From positions 1,073,330 to 1,137,329 of the forward strand of contig JAJEEG010000006.1 of assembly GCA_022821085.1 (NCBI GenBank): a stretch of DNA of 64,000 nucleotides. Reading direction: 5' to 3'. Positions within the stretch are counted from its first letter, which is position 1, and each line of letters starts with the position of its first letter. The position numbers and the translations under genes are program-made. The DNA comes from Candidatus Latescibacterota bacterium (GTDB taxonomy: Bacteria; JAAXHH01). This document shows positions 22,513 through 31,163 of this stretch, piece by piece. The notes beneath the pieces were generated by a model. It was not told where the DNA came from and ran no database searches. It saw only the letters and a program-made list of their open reading frames with translations.

Positions 22513-23325
22513 ATGCGCATATTGATGATGACGGACATGGAAGGCGTAAGCGGCATCGTGGCCTGGGATCAGGTAAACGGCGGAAAGCCCATGTACGAGG
22601 AAGGCCGGCGATTGTATACCGAGGAGATCAACGCCGCCGTACGGGGCGCCCGGGCCGCGGGCGCGAAGGAAATCGTGGTGGTGGACTGCCACGGCGCGGG
22701 CGGAGACTGGACCTTCAATTCGCTGGTGCCCGAGTTGCTCGACCCCGGATGCGAGTGGGTGGCCAAGCATCCCTGGTCCCGTTACACGGAGATGTTCGAG
22801 ACGGGCTGCGACGCCGCGGTGTTCGTCGGCATGCACGCACGGGCGAACACACCGGACGGCGTGATGTGCCATACGATCTCCACCACGGGATGGCGCAGCC
22901 TGCGATTCAACGACGACGAAGTGGGCGAAACCGGCATCAACGCCGCCCTCTGCGGCCACTACGGCTGTCCCGTGCTGCTGGTCACCGGCGACGAGGCCGT
23001 GTGCCGAGAGTCCCGGGAACTGCTGGGAGAGAACCTGCCGGTCGTAGCCGTAAAACGGGGTCTGACCAGGTACTCGGCCCGGCAGATTCCCCCGATCCGC
23101 GCACGGCAGATGATCGAGGACGGCACGCGCCAGGCGCTGCAGGATAGGCCGGACATCAGGCCCTATGTGCCGTCGGCCCCGACGAAGATCACCATCGAAC
23201 TGGATACCGTGGACAACGCGGCGCATTACAGGGGCAGGCCGGGGGTCTCTTTTCCCGATGACCTGACTGTGGTCAGCGACGGCCGGGACTGGATGGAGGC
23301 CTGGAACCAGATCTGGCACTGGTAG
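22513..23325 (+). CDS. Peptidase M55 D-aminopeptidase (DppA-type)
   Basis: MRILMMTDMEGVSGI... conserved M55 start; GGAGAGG SD; start moved to Met 22513. Confidence 0.8.
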   Translation: MRILMMTDMEGVSGIVAWDQVNGGKPMYEEGRRLYTEEINAAVRGARAAGAKEIVVVDCHGAGGDWTFNSLVPELLDPGCEWVAKHPWSRYTEMFETGCDAAVFVGMHARANTPDGVMCHTISTTGWRSLRFNDDEVGETGINAALCGHYGCPVLLVTGDEAVCRESRELLGENLPVVAVKRGLTRYSARQIPPIRARQMIEDGTRQALQDRPDIRPYVPSAPTKITIELDTVDNAAHYRGRPGVSFPDDLTVVSDGRDWMEAWNQIWHW

Positions 23326-23338
23326 GCCTATTGCTGTT

Positions 23339-24160
23339 CTATGGAAGCTCTTCCATCAGGTCCCGGATGAAGCGTAGGTCCGACCGGGCGAGATCGCAGA
23401 CCGTGTCCACGGGAACGCCCCCGTATTCGCTGTGCATGGTGACGGGCCCTTCGAACCCCTGGGCCTTCAGCGTGGACAGTGTCGTTTTCCAGTCTCCGAA
23501 GCCTGTGCCCAGCCGGACCACGTCGACTTCCCACCGCCTTTGGCCGTCCCGAACATGCAACACCCTGGTCAGGTCCTTGAACGACATGACGGACAGGTAC
23601 TCCCTGACGATGTCGAGGGCCATGTCGATCGGCTCTCCGCAGATGGACAGGTGCCCTACGTCCGCGAACACGCCGACGTGTTCGGGATCGAATCCCTGCA
23701 CGACGTGCATGACGGCGGATGAATTCAGGCCCATGGAGTGGCCCGAATGGTTGTGCACCACGGTTTTGACGCCGGTTTTCTCCGAAAGACGCTGGAATCC
23801 CTCCAGTTCCCTCCGCGCACGGTCCAGTTCCGCCCAGTAATCCGTTCCCGGCGACCAGTGCCAGTACCCCAGCTTGATGTGCTTTACCCCGTTCTCCCCG
23901 CAGGCCTGGTAGTATCTCTCCGCGTAATCCAGCGTGGCCGAAGTGAAATCCCCCGGTGCGGTAACGAGCGGGATAGTTAGTCCTTCGTCGGAAAGCACCC
24001 GCGCGGCTTCCGGCAGGGCGCGGTCGATGTTCCCAGGATTCACCGGATATCCGTCCCGCACGCACAGGTCGGCGCCGGAAACGCCTACGCTATTCAGTTT
24101 CTCCGCGATTTCCGCCAGCGTCAGACCCTCGAGGTGCTTGGTGAACATGATAAACTGCAT
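23339..24160 (-). CDS. Sugar phosphate isomerase/epimerase (xylose isomerase-like TIM barrel) family protein
   Basis: Family-typical layout with metal-binding His/Asp/Glu positions (..VVHNHSGHSMGL.., ..FADVGHLSICGE..). Confidence 0.8.
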   Translation of the reverse strand: MQFIMFTKHLEGLTLAEIAEKLNSVGVSGADLCVRDGYPVNPGNIDRALPEAARVLSDEGLTIPLVTAPGDFTSATLDYAERYYQACGENGVKHIKLGYWHWSPGTDYWAELDRARRELEGFQRLSEKTGVKTVVHNHSGHSMGLNSSAVMHVVQGFDPEHVGVFADVGHLSICGEPIDMALDIVREYLSVMSFKDLTRVLHVRDGQRRWEVDVVRLGTGFGDWKTTLSTLKAQGFEGPVTMHSEYGGVPVDTVCDLARSDLRFIRDLMEELP

Positions 24161-24177
24161 GCGTCGATTCCCCTTTC

Positions 24178-26238
24178 TCAGTAGGACTCCCAGCGATGAG
24201 GCCGGTCCGGGAACCAGGCCAGGTCAACTCCCATGCCGGCCAGCTGCCAGAAGAGATAGGCGAGCAATATACCAATAAACAACCTGCGGACCTTCTGGTA
24301 AAGCGTTGGGCCGCCGATGCGGAACACGATGGCCTGGACCAGCCAGGCCAGGAAGATCGTCAGGAACGCGTTCCGTACCGGGGCGGACATGACGACCACC
24401 ATGCCGATGGGATGGAGCGGCCACCACGGAAGGAGAAACCGCCCGGCCAGGAGCACGATCATCATCACGACCCCGCTCCCGAAGAACAGGACTTCGAGGT
24501 CGCTGATCTGCGTTGCGTTGTTGACCCAGGTCACGATCAGGTCGTAGAACCGGATGCCCCGGTCCGTGCCCAGGTCGGTCCGCAGGTTCTGGGCGCCGAA
24601 GGTGTTCCCGGCGTAGATTACGTAGCCGATGGAGGCTACGGCGCTCAGGCAGAACGCGACGGCCACGCCGGCGAAGAGGTACCTGGAAGAGATCCCGCTC
24701 CCGGAACTGCGCGCATCCCTAAGCGGATCGCGCCGGACTTGCCTGTGCTGGCGCCACCGGGACTTCAGCCAGGCCACGTGGGACGTGCCGATCATGGTGA
24801 AGGTGCGCCAGTTGCGCGCGAACCCGTTGGCCATGCCCAGGGCTGTGAGGTCGCCGCGGCCGATCTGTGCGGACCCCACGATGGCGATGGAGAACTGGTG
24901 GCTGTTGATGGGCAGGTCGAGCGTCACCACGCCCGTTTCCGCCACGACGCGGGCCAGGGCGATGTAGAAGATGAAGAGCAGGACAATGAACAGCGCCATG
25001 ATCGGAAGGGACATCCCGGCGGTGTACAGCCAGCAGATGATGAAGAGGAGGCCCAGCAGGAAGCCGAAGACGGCCGTGCGGTAGGAGAACAGTTCCTCCG
25101 TGTCGTCCAGCTCGCTCTTCCGGCCCAGGGCGTGGCGCCAGACGGACCCGAGGTGCCGGCGAGCCATCCAAAGGCCGAAGAGGACGAAGGTAACCAGGCC
25201 GGCAATGGACTGAATGCCGGCCAGGCCGCCATGGATGATGGTACCGGAGGTGGATCCGACACCGAGCATGTTGAGCGATCCCTCCTGCAGTACGTAGAAG
25301 ACGGGAAACAGCCACATGCTGAGGAGCACGTCCCGGTTGACGAAGATCAGCAGGCAGAATACGAACACGTTTAACCGGAAAATGAGCCCGGGAAAGGCGG
25401 GATCGAGGGAAAGTACCCGTGAGTGTTCGGCCATGATCGGGACAGCAGGCCATACGTCCCAGAAAGAAACGATGTTCCAGATCATGACCAGGGACATGGC
25501 CGCCGCGCCGGTCCGGATCCAGCGGTTGCCGCCTTTCCCATTTCCGCTTTTCCCATTGTCGCCACCCTCCCCAGCGCCGCCACCCTCTCCGGTGCCGCCT
25601 TCCCTACTGCCGCCGCCCAGCGAGATCAGGTGCAGGCCCACTTCGCCCAGCGGGAACTGGAGCCGTTCGTGTTCGACCCACTGCTTGCGAAGCATGACGA
25701 CGATGCACGCGCCGACGAAAAGCAGGATCAGGATGAAGGAACCCCACCAGAACAGGGGGGACAGCCATGCGCTCCAGGGAATCGACTGGCCGGACTGGAG
25801 TCCCTCGTAGAATACCCGCGCCGCCGCCCGGTCGCTGAGGACCAGCCATTCGGGCAGATAGGGAAAGAAGATGGTCTCCCAGCTGTTTTCCGGCGAGGCG
25901 AAGTAGAACGGCGCGGTGATCACGACGAGCAGGTATTTCGTCATGGCCTGGTCGGGCACCGTGGAGGCGATCCATCCCATGGCGAAAACCATGATCAGTT
26001 CGTAGAACGAGAGCGCCGATGCCGGACGGATCCGCGCCACCAGGGCATTGGGCAGCAGCACGCAGAAGAGGAAGGGAACGAGGAACACCGGGGGCAGGTG
26101 GGTCGCCGCCGGCTCGTAGCCGATCTGGTTGGCGGAGTATTCCCCCGCAAAGCCGATGAATATCGAAAGTGCGGCCCCGATGAGGATCGCCCTGAATGTT
26201 CGGATGCGCTGGAGGAAGGCCGATGCGATCGGTATCAT
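24178..26238 (-). CDS. Uncharacterised large polytopic membrane protein (paralog A of 52384-54366)
   Basis: 686 aa, >12 predicted TM helices; shares with paralog B the motifs PFY.A.PEN.W, VMLRKQWVEHERL.FPL, VLFGLWMARRH, E.FSYRTAV, ARVVAETG, WPLHP.G; Gly-rich insertion GGGSREGGTGEGGGAGEGGDNGKSGNGKGGN unique to this copy. Confidence 0.7.
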   Translation of the reverse strand: MIPIASAFLQRIRTFRAILIGAALSIFIGFAGEYSANQIGYEPAATHLPPVFLVPFLFCVLLPNALVARIRPASALSFYELIMVFAMGWIASTVPDQAMTKYLLVVITAPFYFASPENSWETIFFPYLPEWLVLSDRAAARVFYEGLQSGQSIPWSAWLSPLFWWGSFILILLFVGACIVVMLRKQWVEHERLQFPLGEVGLHLISLGGGSREGGTGEGGGAGEGGDNGKSGNGKGGNRWIRTGAAAMSLVMIWNIVSFWDVWPAVPIMAEHSRVLSLDPAFPGLIFRLNVFVFCLLIFVNRDVLLSMWLFPVFYVLQEGSLNMLGVGSTSGTIIHGGLAGIQSIAGLVTFVLFGLWMARRHLGSVWRHALGRKSELDDTEELFSYRTAVFGFLLGLLFIICWLYTAGMSLPIMALFIVLLFIFYIALARVVAETGVVTLDLPINSHQFSIAIVGSAQIGRGDLTALGMANGFARNWRTFTMIGTSHVAWLKSRWRQHRQVRRDPLRDARSSGSGISSRYLFAGVAVAFCLSAVASIGYVIYAGNTFGAQNLRTDLGTDRGIRFYDLIVTWVNNATQISDLEVLFFGSGVVMMIVLLAGRFLLPWWPLHPIGMVVVMSAPVRNAFLTIFLAWLVQAIVFRIGGPTLYQKVRRLFIGILLAYLFWQLAGMGVDLAWFPDRPHRWESY

Positions 26239-26314
26239 CTGGCGGTAGCTGGGACGGGCTCGGTCCGCACGGTCAAGTGGGAACGGTCAGGTACGGACGG
26301 TCAGTTGCGGGCCG

Positions 26315-27721
26315 TCAGGTCCATACGGTCAGCCCCATGACGAGGTATACGGCACCGGTCAGCACGGCGGCGATCATCGCATAGGGGATCTGGGTCCTGA
26401 CGTGATCGATATGATCCGATGCCGCGCCGGTCGAAGCGAGAATCGAGGTATCGGAGAGTGGAGAACAGTGATCGCCGAAGACTCCGCCGCCGGCCACGGC
26501 CGCTATGGTCGCGTATACGATGTCGGTCAACGCGTCCCCCGAGTAAACCAGGGCCACGGGCACCGCGATGGGCAGCATGATGGCGAAGGTGCCCCAGGAC
26601 GTACCGGTGGAAAAGGCCATCACGGCCGCCAGCAGGTAGGTAGCCAGGGGGAGCATGGACGGGGTAAGGAAATCCCTCGAAATCGATACCATGTAGTCGG
26701 CCGTTCCCATGTCTCTGCTCAACTGGTTGATCGTGTAGGCGAAAACCAGGATCATGATGGCCGGCATGATCCCCTTGATGCCCGTCATCGCCGTGTCCAT
26801 GATGTCGTTCAGCCGAATGCCCTGGATGCGGATCGATATGCCGAGGAAGATGACGACGGCGAGATAGGCCTCCAGCGTCTTCGCGGATCCCGTGAGCATA
26901 AAAGAACCCAGGACGATGACGATGATCAGGATGACGGGCAGGATGAAGTTCAGGAACAGGCGGGGTTTGATGTCCGGGAACATGGGGGTCTCGGTCAGTT
27001 CCCTTCCGATGAGCGGGACCGCGCCGTCTCTCAGCACCTTGCCTTCGTCCATGGCCCGGCGTTCGGCTTTCTTCATGGGACCGAATTCCGGGACCAATCC
27101 GGCAGCGATCAATCCCACCAATATCACCGCCGATATTGCGTAGATATTGTAGGGAATGGAATGAATGAACGCGTTCAGCGCATCGCCGGCATCGTCTATG
27201 GGCCCCATGCCGATGGTGAGTCCCGAAATGTAGATCGCCCAGCCCGTGAAGGGCAGGAGGACGATGACCGGGGCGGAGGTGGAGTCGGCGATATAGGCCA
27301 GTTTCTCCCTGGATATCCGCGCCTTGTCGGCCAGGCTTCGCATCGTGGTCCCGACGAAGAGCGGGCTGAAATAGTCGCTGAAGAATACGAACATGCCCAG
27401 TGCCCACGTCCAGAGTTGTACGCCTTTGCGCGACAATTTCCGATATGCCACGAACTGGGTGAAGGCCTGGATGGCGCCGGTGCGCATGAAGAAGGCGATC
27501 ATGATTCCGATGCAGATCTCCAGCATGAACACCCAGGAGAAACTGGTATTCCCGATCGCGTCGATCATCAACTGGGAAAACCCCAGGGGCCCCTGGCCCG
27601 CGATTAGGACGCCCACCAGGCAGGCCACCGCCAGGGAATACACGGCGTTCCTGGTCAGGAAGGCCAGTACGATGGCAAGGGCCGGCGGCACGATGGAGAG
27701 GATGCCGAGGTCGGTTTCCAT
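26315..27721 (-). CDS. Na+/H+ antiporter NhaC-family transporter
   Basis: Polytopic; C-terminal region ..GGVFGDHCSPLSDTSILASTGA.. characteristic of NhaC family; overlapping 26301-27809 ORF in another frame is Arg/Gly/His-rich junk. Confidence 0.8.
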   Translation of the reverse strand: METDLGILSIVPPALAIVLAFLTRNAVYSLAVACLVGVLIAGQGPLGFSQLMIDAIGNTSFSWVFMLEICIGIMIAFFMRTGAIQAFTQFVAYRKLSRKGVQLWTWALGMFVFFSDYFSPLFVGTTMRSLADKARISREKLAYIADSTSAPVIVLLPFTGWAIYISGLTIGMGPIDDAGDALNAFIHSIPYNIYAISAVILVGLIAAGLVPEFGPMKKAERRAMDEGKVLRDGAVPLIGRELTETPMFPDIKPRLFLNFILPVILIIVIVLGSFMLTGSAKTLEAYLAVVIFLGISIRIQGIRLNDIMDTAMTGIKGIMPAIMILVFAYTINQLSRDMGTADYMVSISRDFLTPSMLPLATYLLAAVMAFSTGTSWGTFAIMLPIAVPVALVYSGDALTDIVYATIAAVAGGGVFGDHCSPLSDTSILASTGAASDHIDHVRTQIPYAMIAAVLTGAVYLVMGLTVWT

Positions 27722-27807
27722 GGGGGATCCCCGGATTTGAAATTGGATAGAATCTCAAATAAGAAACATCTATCGGGCGCTTCAGGCAACCACCTATATT
27801 GTGATAC

Positions 27808-28653
27808 ATGAATCATCTCGGTTTCATGCTGATCGATCCGCCCTCCCGATGGGGCGGGAGTATTAACGACACCTTCCGTTTCATTCGATCCATCGGATAT
27901 GACGGCGTGGAATTGAATCTCACCTCCGAACTGGCGGGCCGTCTGGACCATGTGGAGGACGCCGTCCAGGCGCATGATCTGCCGGTCGTTTCGCTGCTCA
28001 CGGGTGCGGCGTACGAGGAGGGACTCTGTCTCAGCGCGCCGGATGCAACCATCCGCGATCGAACGGTCGAGCGCCTGGTGGAGAACATGGGGATCGCGAA
28101 TCGGTTCGGGGCCATCCTGGTGGTCGGCCTGTTGCAGGGCCTGCGCTCCGACGAACCGGACCCTGCGGCCGCCAATGCGCGGATCGTTTCCTGTCTGCAA
28201 CGGGTGGGACGGGAAGCCGAGGCCAGGGGGGTCGACATCGTGATCGAACCGGTAAACCACCTCCAGGTGGGATTCAACAACAGCGTCGGGGAAGTCCTGC
28301 GTCTGATCCGCGACACCGGATCCACTGCCTTCCATCCCATGGTCGACACCATCCACATGAATATCGAGGAGACCTCCCTCGTACAGCCCATCCACGACTG
28401 CGGCGCCCGTCTCAGGCACGTTCATCTCTGCGAAAGCCACGGGGGACTGCCGGGTACCGGCCGCATCGACTTCGCGGCCGTCCTCGATACCCTGGAAGAC
28501 GTGGACTATGCCCATTTCGCTTCGGTGAAGGTCTACAGGAAGGCCGGACTGCGCGAAGCGGCGGAACAGAGCATGGCCTTCTTCACGGAACTGGAATCGG
28601 GCCAGGCGCGCCGCGGCGGCCGGACAAGTGATTCAGGGGATCGGTACGCTTGA
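27808..28653 (+). CDS. Sugar phosphate isomerase/epimerase (xylose isomerase-like TIM barrel) family protein
   Basis: ..IGYDGVELNL.., ..VDIVIEPVNHLQ.., ..HVHLCESHGG.. conserved metal-site pattern. Confidence 0.8.
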   Translation: MNHLGFMLIDPPSRWGGSINDTFRFIRSIGYDGVELNLTSELAGRLDHVEDAVQAHDLPVVSLLTGAAYEEGLCLSAPDATIRDRTVERLVENMGIANRFGAILVVGLLQGLRSDEPDPAAANARIVSCLQRVGREAEARGVDIVIEPVNHLQVGFNNSVGEVLRLIRDTGSTAFHPMVDTIHMNIEETSLVQPIHDCGARLRHVHLCESHGGLPGTGRIDFAAVLDTLEDVDYAHFASVKVYRKAGLREAAEQSMAFFTELESGQARRGGRTSDSGDRYA

Positions 28654-28682
28654 AGTACCGGAGAGCCAGGCCATAGCGGCGA

Positions 28683-29699
28683 TCACGGCCATGCCGGCTT
28701 TCGCGGTCGCCCGGTGCGGACGGACTCGAGACCGGCCTCGCAAACGGCCACGACGCGGGCGCCCATGCGGGCGGGAATCGGGTTTTCGATGCGCCCGTCG
28801 AGCGTGTCCAGGAAATCGATGACGGAACGGCCCCAGCCGTGCCCGCCCACGGCGGCCTCGTCGGAGACGTTGGGCAGCGTCACGGGTTCTTCCCCCCTGC
28901 GATACAGCTTACCGTTCCAGAGCGTCCCTTCGGTGCCGTACACGGCCAGCATGCCGCCTCCCATACCGTGTCCGGAGCAACCGCTCGAGACGAAGACCTT
29001 TCCAAGCACCCCGTTCTCGAACTTCAGCATGACGATATAGCAGTCGTCCGAGGGAAATTCGGGCACGCTCATCTTGCTGCTGTAGGCAAATACCTCCACG
29101 ACGGGCGAGTCGACCGTGGACAGGATGCTGTCGATGGGGTGGCAGCCGCCGCCAAAGAGTATGTTCTGCGGATGCTGCCGGTCGATCCGCCAGGGCGTGT
29201 GCCTACGCTCGCCGGGCTGGTAGATGGACCACATGTCGTGGATGTAGTCACCCTGGATGAAGAAGATCTCGCCGATTTCACCCGATCGGGCGGCACGGGA
29301 CATCTCGTGCCAGGGATACATGTACCTGCTGGTATGATCCGTCATCACGTTCAGGCCCGTCCGTTCGGCGGTTTCGATGACGCGCCGGGCATCGGCGACG
29401 GTCGTGGCGAGCGGTTTCTCCACGAGGGCGTGGGCACCGTGTTCCAGGGCCAGGACGGTCTGGTCGGCGTGCAGGTGGTCCGGTCCGGCCACCGCGACGA
29501 CGTCCGGACCGGTTTCGGCGATCAGTGATTCGAGGTCGTGGCCGGTAACCGCATCGGGGTAGATCGACCTGGCCGCCGCGAGCTTCTCACCGGCCGGGTC
29601 GAACAGGGCGGTCACCCGGGCACGGCCGCTCCCTTCCGCCACCTGGGCCACGTACTTTCCCGCGCCGCCGCAACCGCTGAGGAGTATGGAATAGGGCAT
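28683..29699 (-). CDS. Gfo/Idh/MocA-family oxidoreductase
   Basis: MPYSILLSGCGGAGKYVAQ Rossmann start, EKPLATTVADARRV. Confidence 0.8.
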   Translation of the reverse strand: MPYSILLSGCGGAGKYVAQVAEGSGRARVTALFDPAGEKLAAARSIYPDAVTGHDLESLIAETGPDVVAVAGPDHLHADQTVLALEHGAHALVEKPLATTVADARRVIETAERTGLNVMTDHTSRYMYPWHEMSRAARSGEIGEIFFIQGDYIHDMWSIYQPGERRHTPWRIDRQHPQNILFGGGCHPIDSILSTVDSPVVEVFAYSSKMSVPEFPSDDCYIVMLKFENGVLGKVFVSSGCSGHGMGGGMLAVYGTEGTLWNGKLYRRGEEPVTLPNVSDEAAVGGHGWGRSVIDFLDTLDGRIENPIPARMGARVVAVCEAGLESVRTGRPRKPAWP

Positions 29700-29726
29700 G
29701 TCGAATGGCCTGATTCAGCCCGGATC

Positions 29727-31130
29727 TCACTTCACCTGCTCCAGCCGGGTCCGGTACTTGTCGTACAGGTCCGTGTGCTTGCTTGTGATATCGACGGGCC
29801 GGCCCTGGATGAAGGCCCGCTCCACCTGCGTCATGATTTCGAGCGGGTCTCCGCTGGTCACGATCAGCGTGGCGTCCTTGCCCGTCTCAAGGGAACCGAG
29901 CCTGTCCTCCACACCGAGAATTCGCGCGGGATATAGCGTGACGGACTTGAGCGCCTCTTCCTTCGGAAGGCCGTAGGCCGCAGCGGTGGCCGCGTGGAAG
30001 GGCAGGTTCCGCACGTTCGAGGCGCCACTGCCCTGGCCGATACAGAAATCGAGGCCGGCCTCATGCAGCTTCAGGGCGTTGGTGAACGGCGCGTCATAGG
30101 CCTCCCAACGGCGGGCGGGCAGGTAATGCACGGCGCCGACGATCACGGGGATCCCGTTTTGCGTCAATCGGTCCGCCACCCGCCAGGCGTCGGCGCCGCC
30201 GACCAGGACGACGCTCAGATCCTCGGCAAGAGCCCAGTCGAGGGCGGCGTGGATCTGTTTCTCTTCAGACGCGTGTATGAAGACGGGCAGTTCCTTTTTG
30301 AGTACCGGGATCATCGATTCCCAGCCGAGGTCCGAGGGATGAAAGGGTCCGCCGCCGCTTTCGGCCTCCTTCGCGATCATGTACGCCCTGGCTTCGCGGA
30401 AGGCGTCGCGAAGCCTGGCAAGGGCCGCTTTGCGTGCCTTGATCTGCTCCTCCGGGCCGCCCAGGCCGGGAATGTCGCGAACGCGGTAGGATGGCCATCG
30501 AACGTGAAGCCCCACCGTCGCAACCAGGGTCATTTCCTCGGTGGTCCATCCATCCATCGCGACCAGTCCCGAGAGACCGGAGATCAGACCTCCACTCGGC
30601 ACGGTCAGGGCGGTCAGGACACCGTTGGCTCGGGCGACCGGGAAGTACTCGCTGTCGGGATTCACGGCGGTCACCGCGCGGACGCTAGGGGTCACGTTCC
30701 CGGTTTCGATATGGTCCTGGGTCGCCCACACCGAACCGATCTCGGTGAGGCCAATGGTCGTCGGCGCGGCGATCAGGCCGGGATACACATGTTTCCCGGT
30801 AACGTCGATCACCCGGGTGTTTTCGGGCAGGGCCAGGTCGGTCCCGATGCCGGTAATGACGCCGGACTCGAAAAGCACCGTGGCGCCCTCGATGACGCCG
30901 TCGCTCACCGTATGGACCGTTCCGCCGACCAGCGCGATGGGCTGTTCCTGAGGTCCGGCCGGTTTCTGCTTGGATGCCGCCGTTTCGTGGACCAGGGGTC
31001 CGAAGGCGAGTCCCGAAATCAGCAAAAGAAACAACAACGGAACCGCGGTCCGTTTCCGCCACGTACCGGTAGCGGTTTTCGCCGACCGGTCCGTCCCCAT
31101 GGATGTGCGGAGTAATGACACCATTTCCAT
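29727..31130 (-). CDS. Secreted amidohydrolase-family metal-dependent hydrolase
   Basis: Signal peptide; ..LVGGTVHTVSDGVIEGATVLFESGVITGIG..IDVTGKHVYPGLI.. composite-domain plus TIM-barrel amidohydrolase pattern. Confidence 0.75.
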   Translation of the reverse strand: MEMVSLLRTSMGTDRSAKTATGTWRKRTAVPLLFLLLISGLAFGPLVHETAASKQKPAGPQEQPIALVGGTVHTVSDGVIEGATVLFESGVITGIGTDLALPENTRVIDVTGKHVYPGLIAAPTTIGLTEIGSVWATQDHIETGNVTPSVRAVTAVNPDSEYFPVARANGVLTALTVPSGGLISGLSGLVAMDGWTTEEMTLVATVGLHVRWPSYRVRDIPGLGGPEEQIKARKAALARLRDAFREARAYMIAKEAESGGGPFHPSDLGWESMIPVLKKELPVFIHASEEKQIHAALDWALAEDLSVVLVGGADAWRVADRLTQNGIPVIVGAVHYLPARRWEAYDAPFTNALKLHEAGLDFCIGQGSGASNVRNLPFHAATAAAYGLPKEEALKSVTLYPARILGVEDRLGSLETGKDATLIVTSGDPLEIMTQVERAFIQGRPVDITSKHTDLYDKYRTRLEQVK

Positions 31131-31163
31131 CCTCCATTCGCCGGGATACCGGCTTGTACGGGC

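Noticed and set aside
26301-27809. 502-aa minus-strand ORF
   Set aside because: Same strand but different frame from the NhaC-family transporter. Translation is Arg/Gly/His/Pro-rich junk whereas the NhaC frame gives clean TM helices and family motifs.
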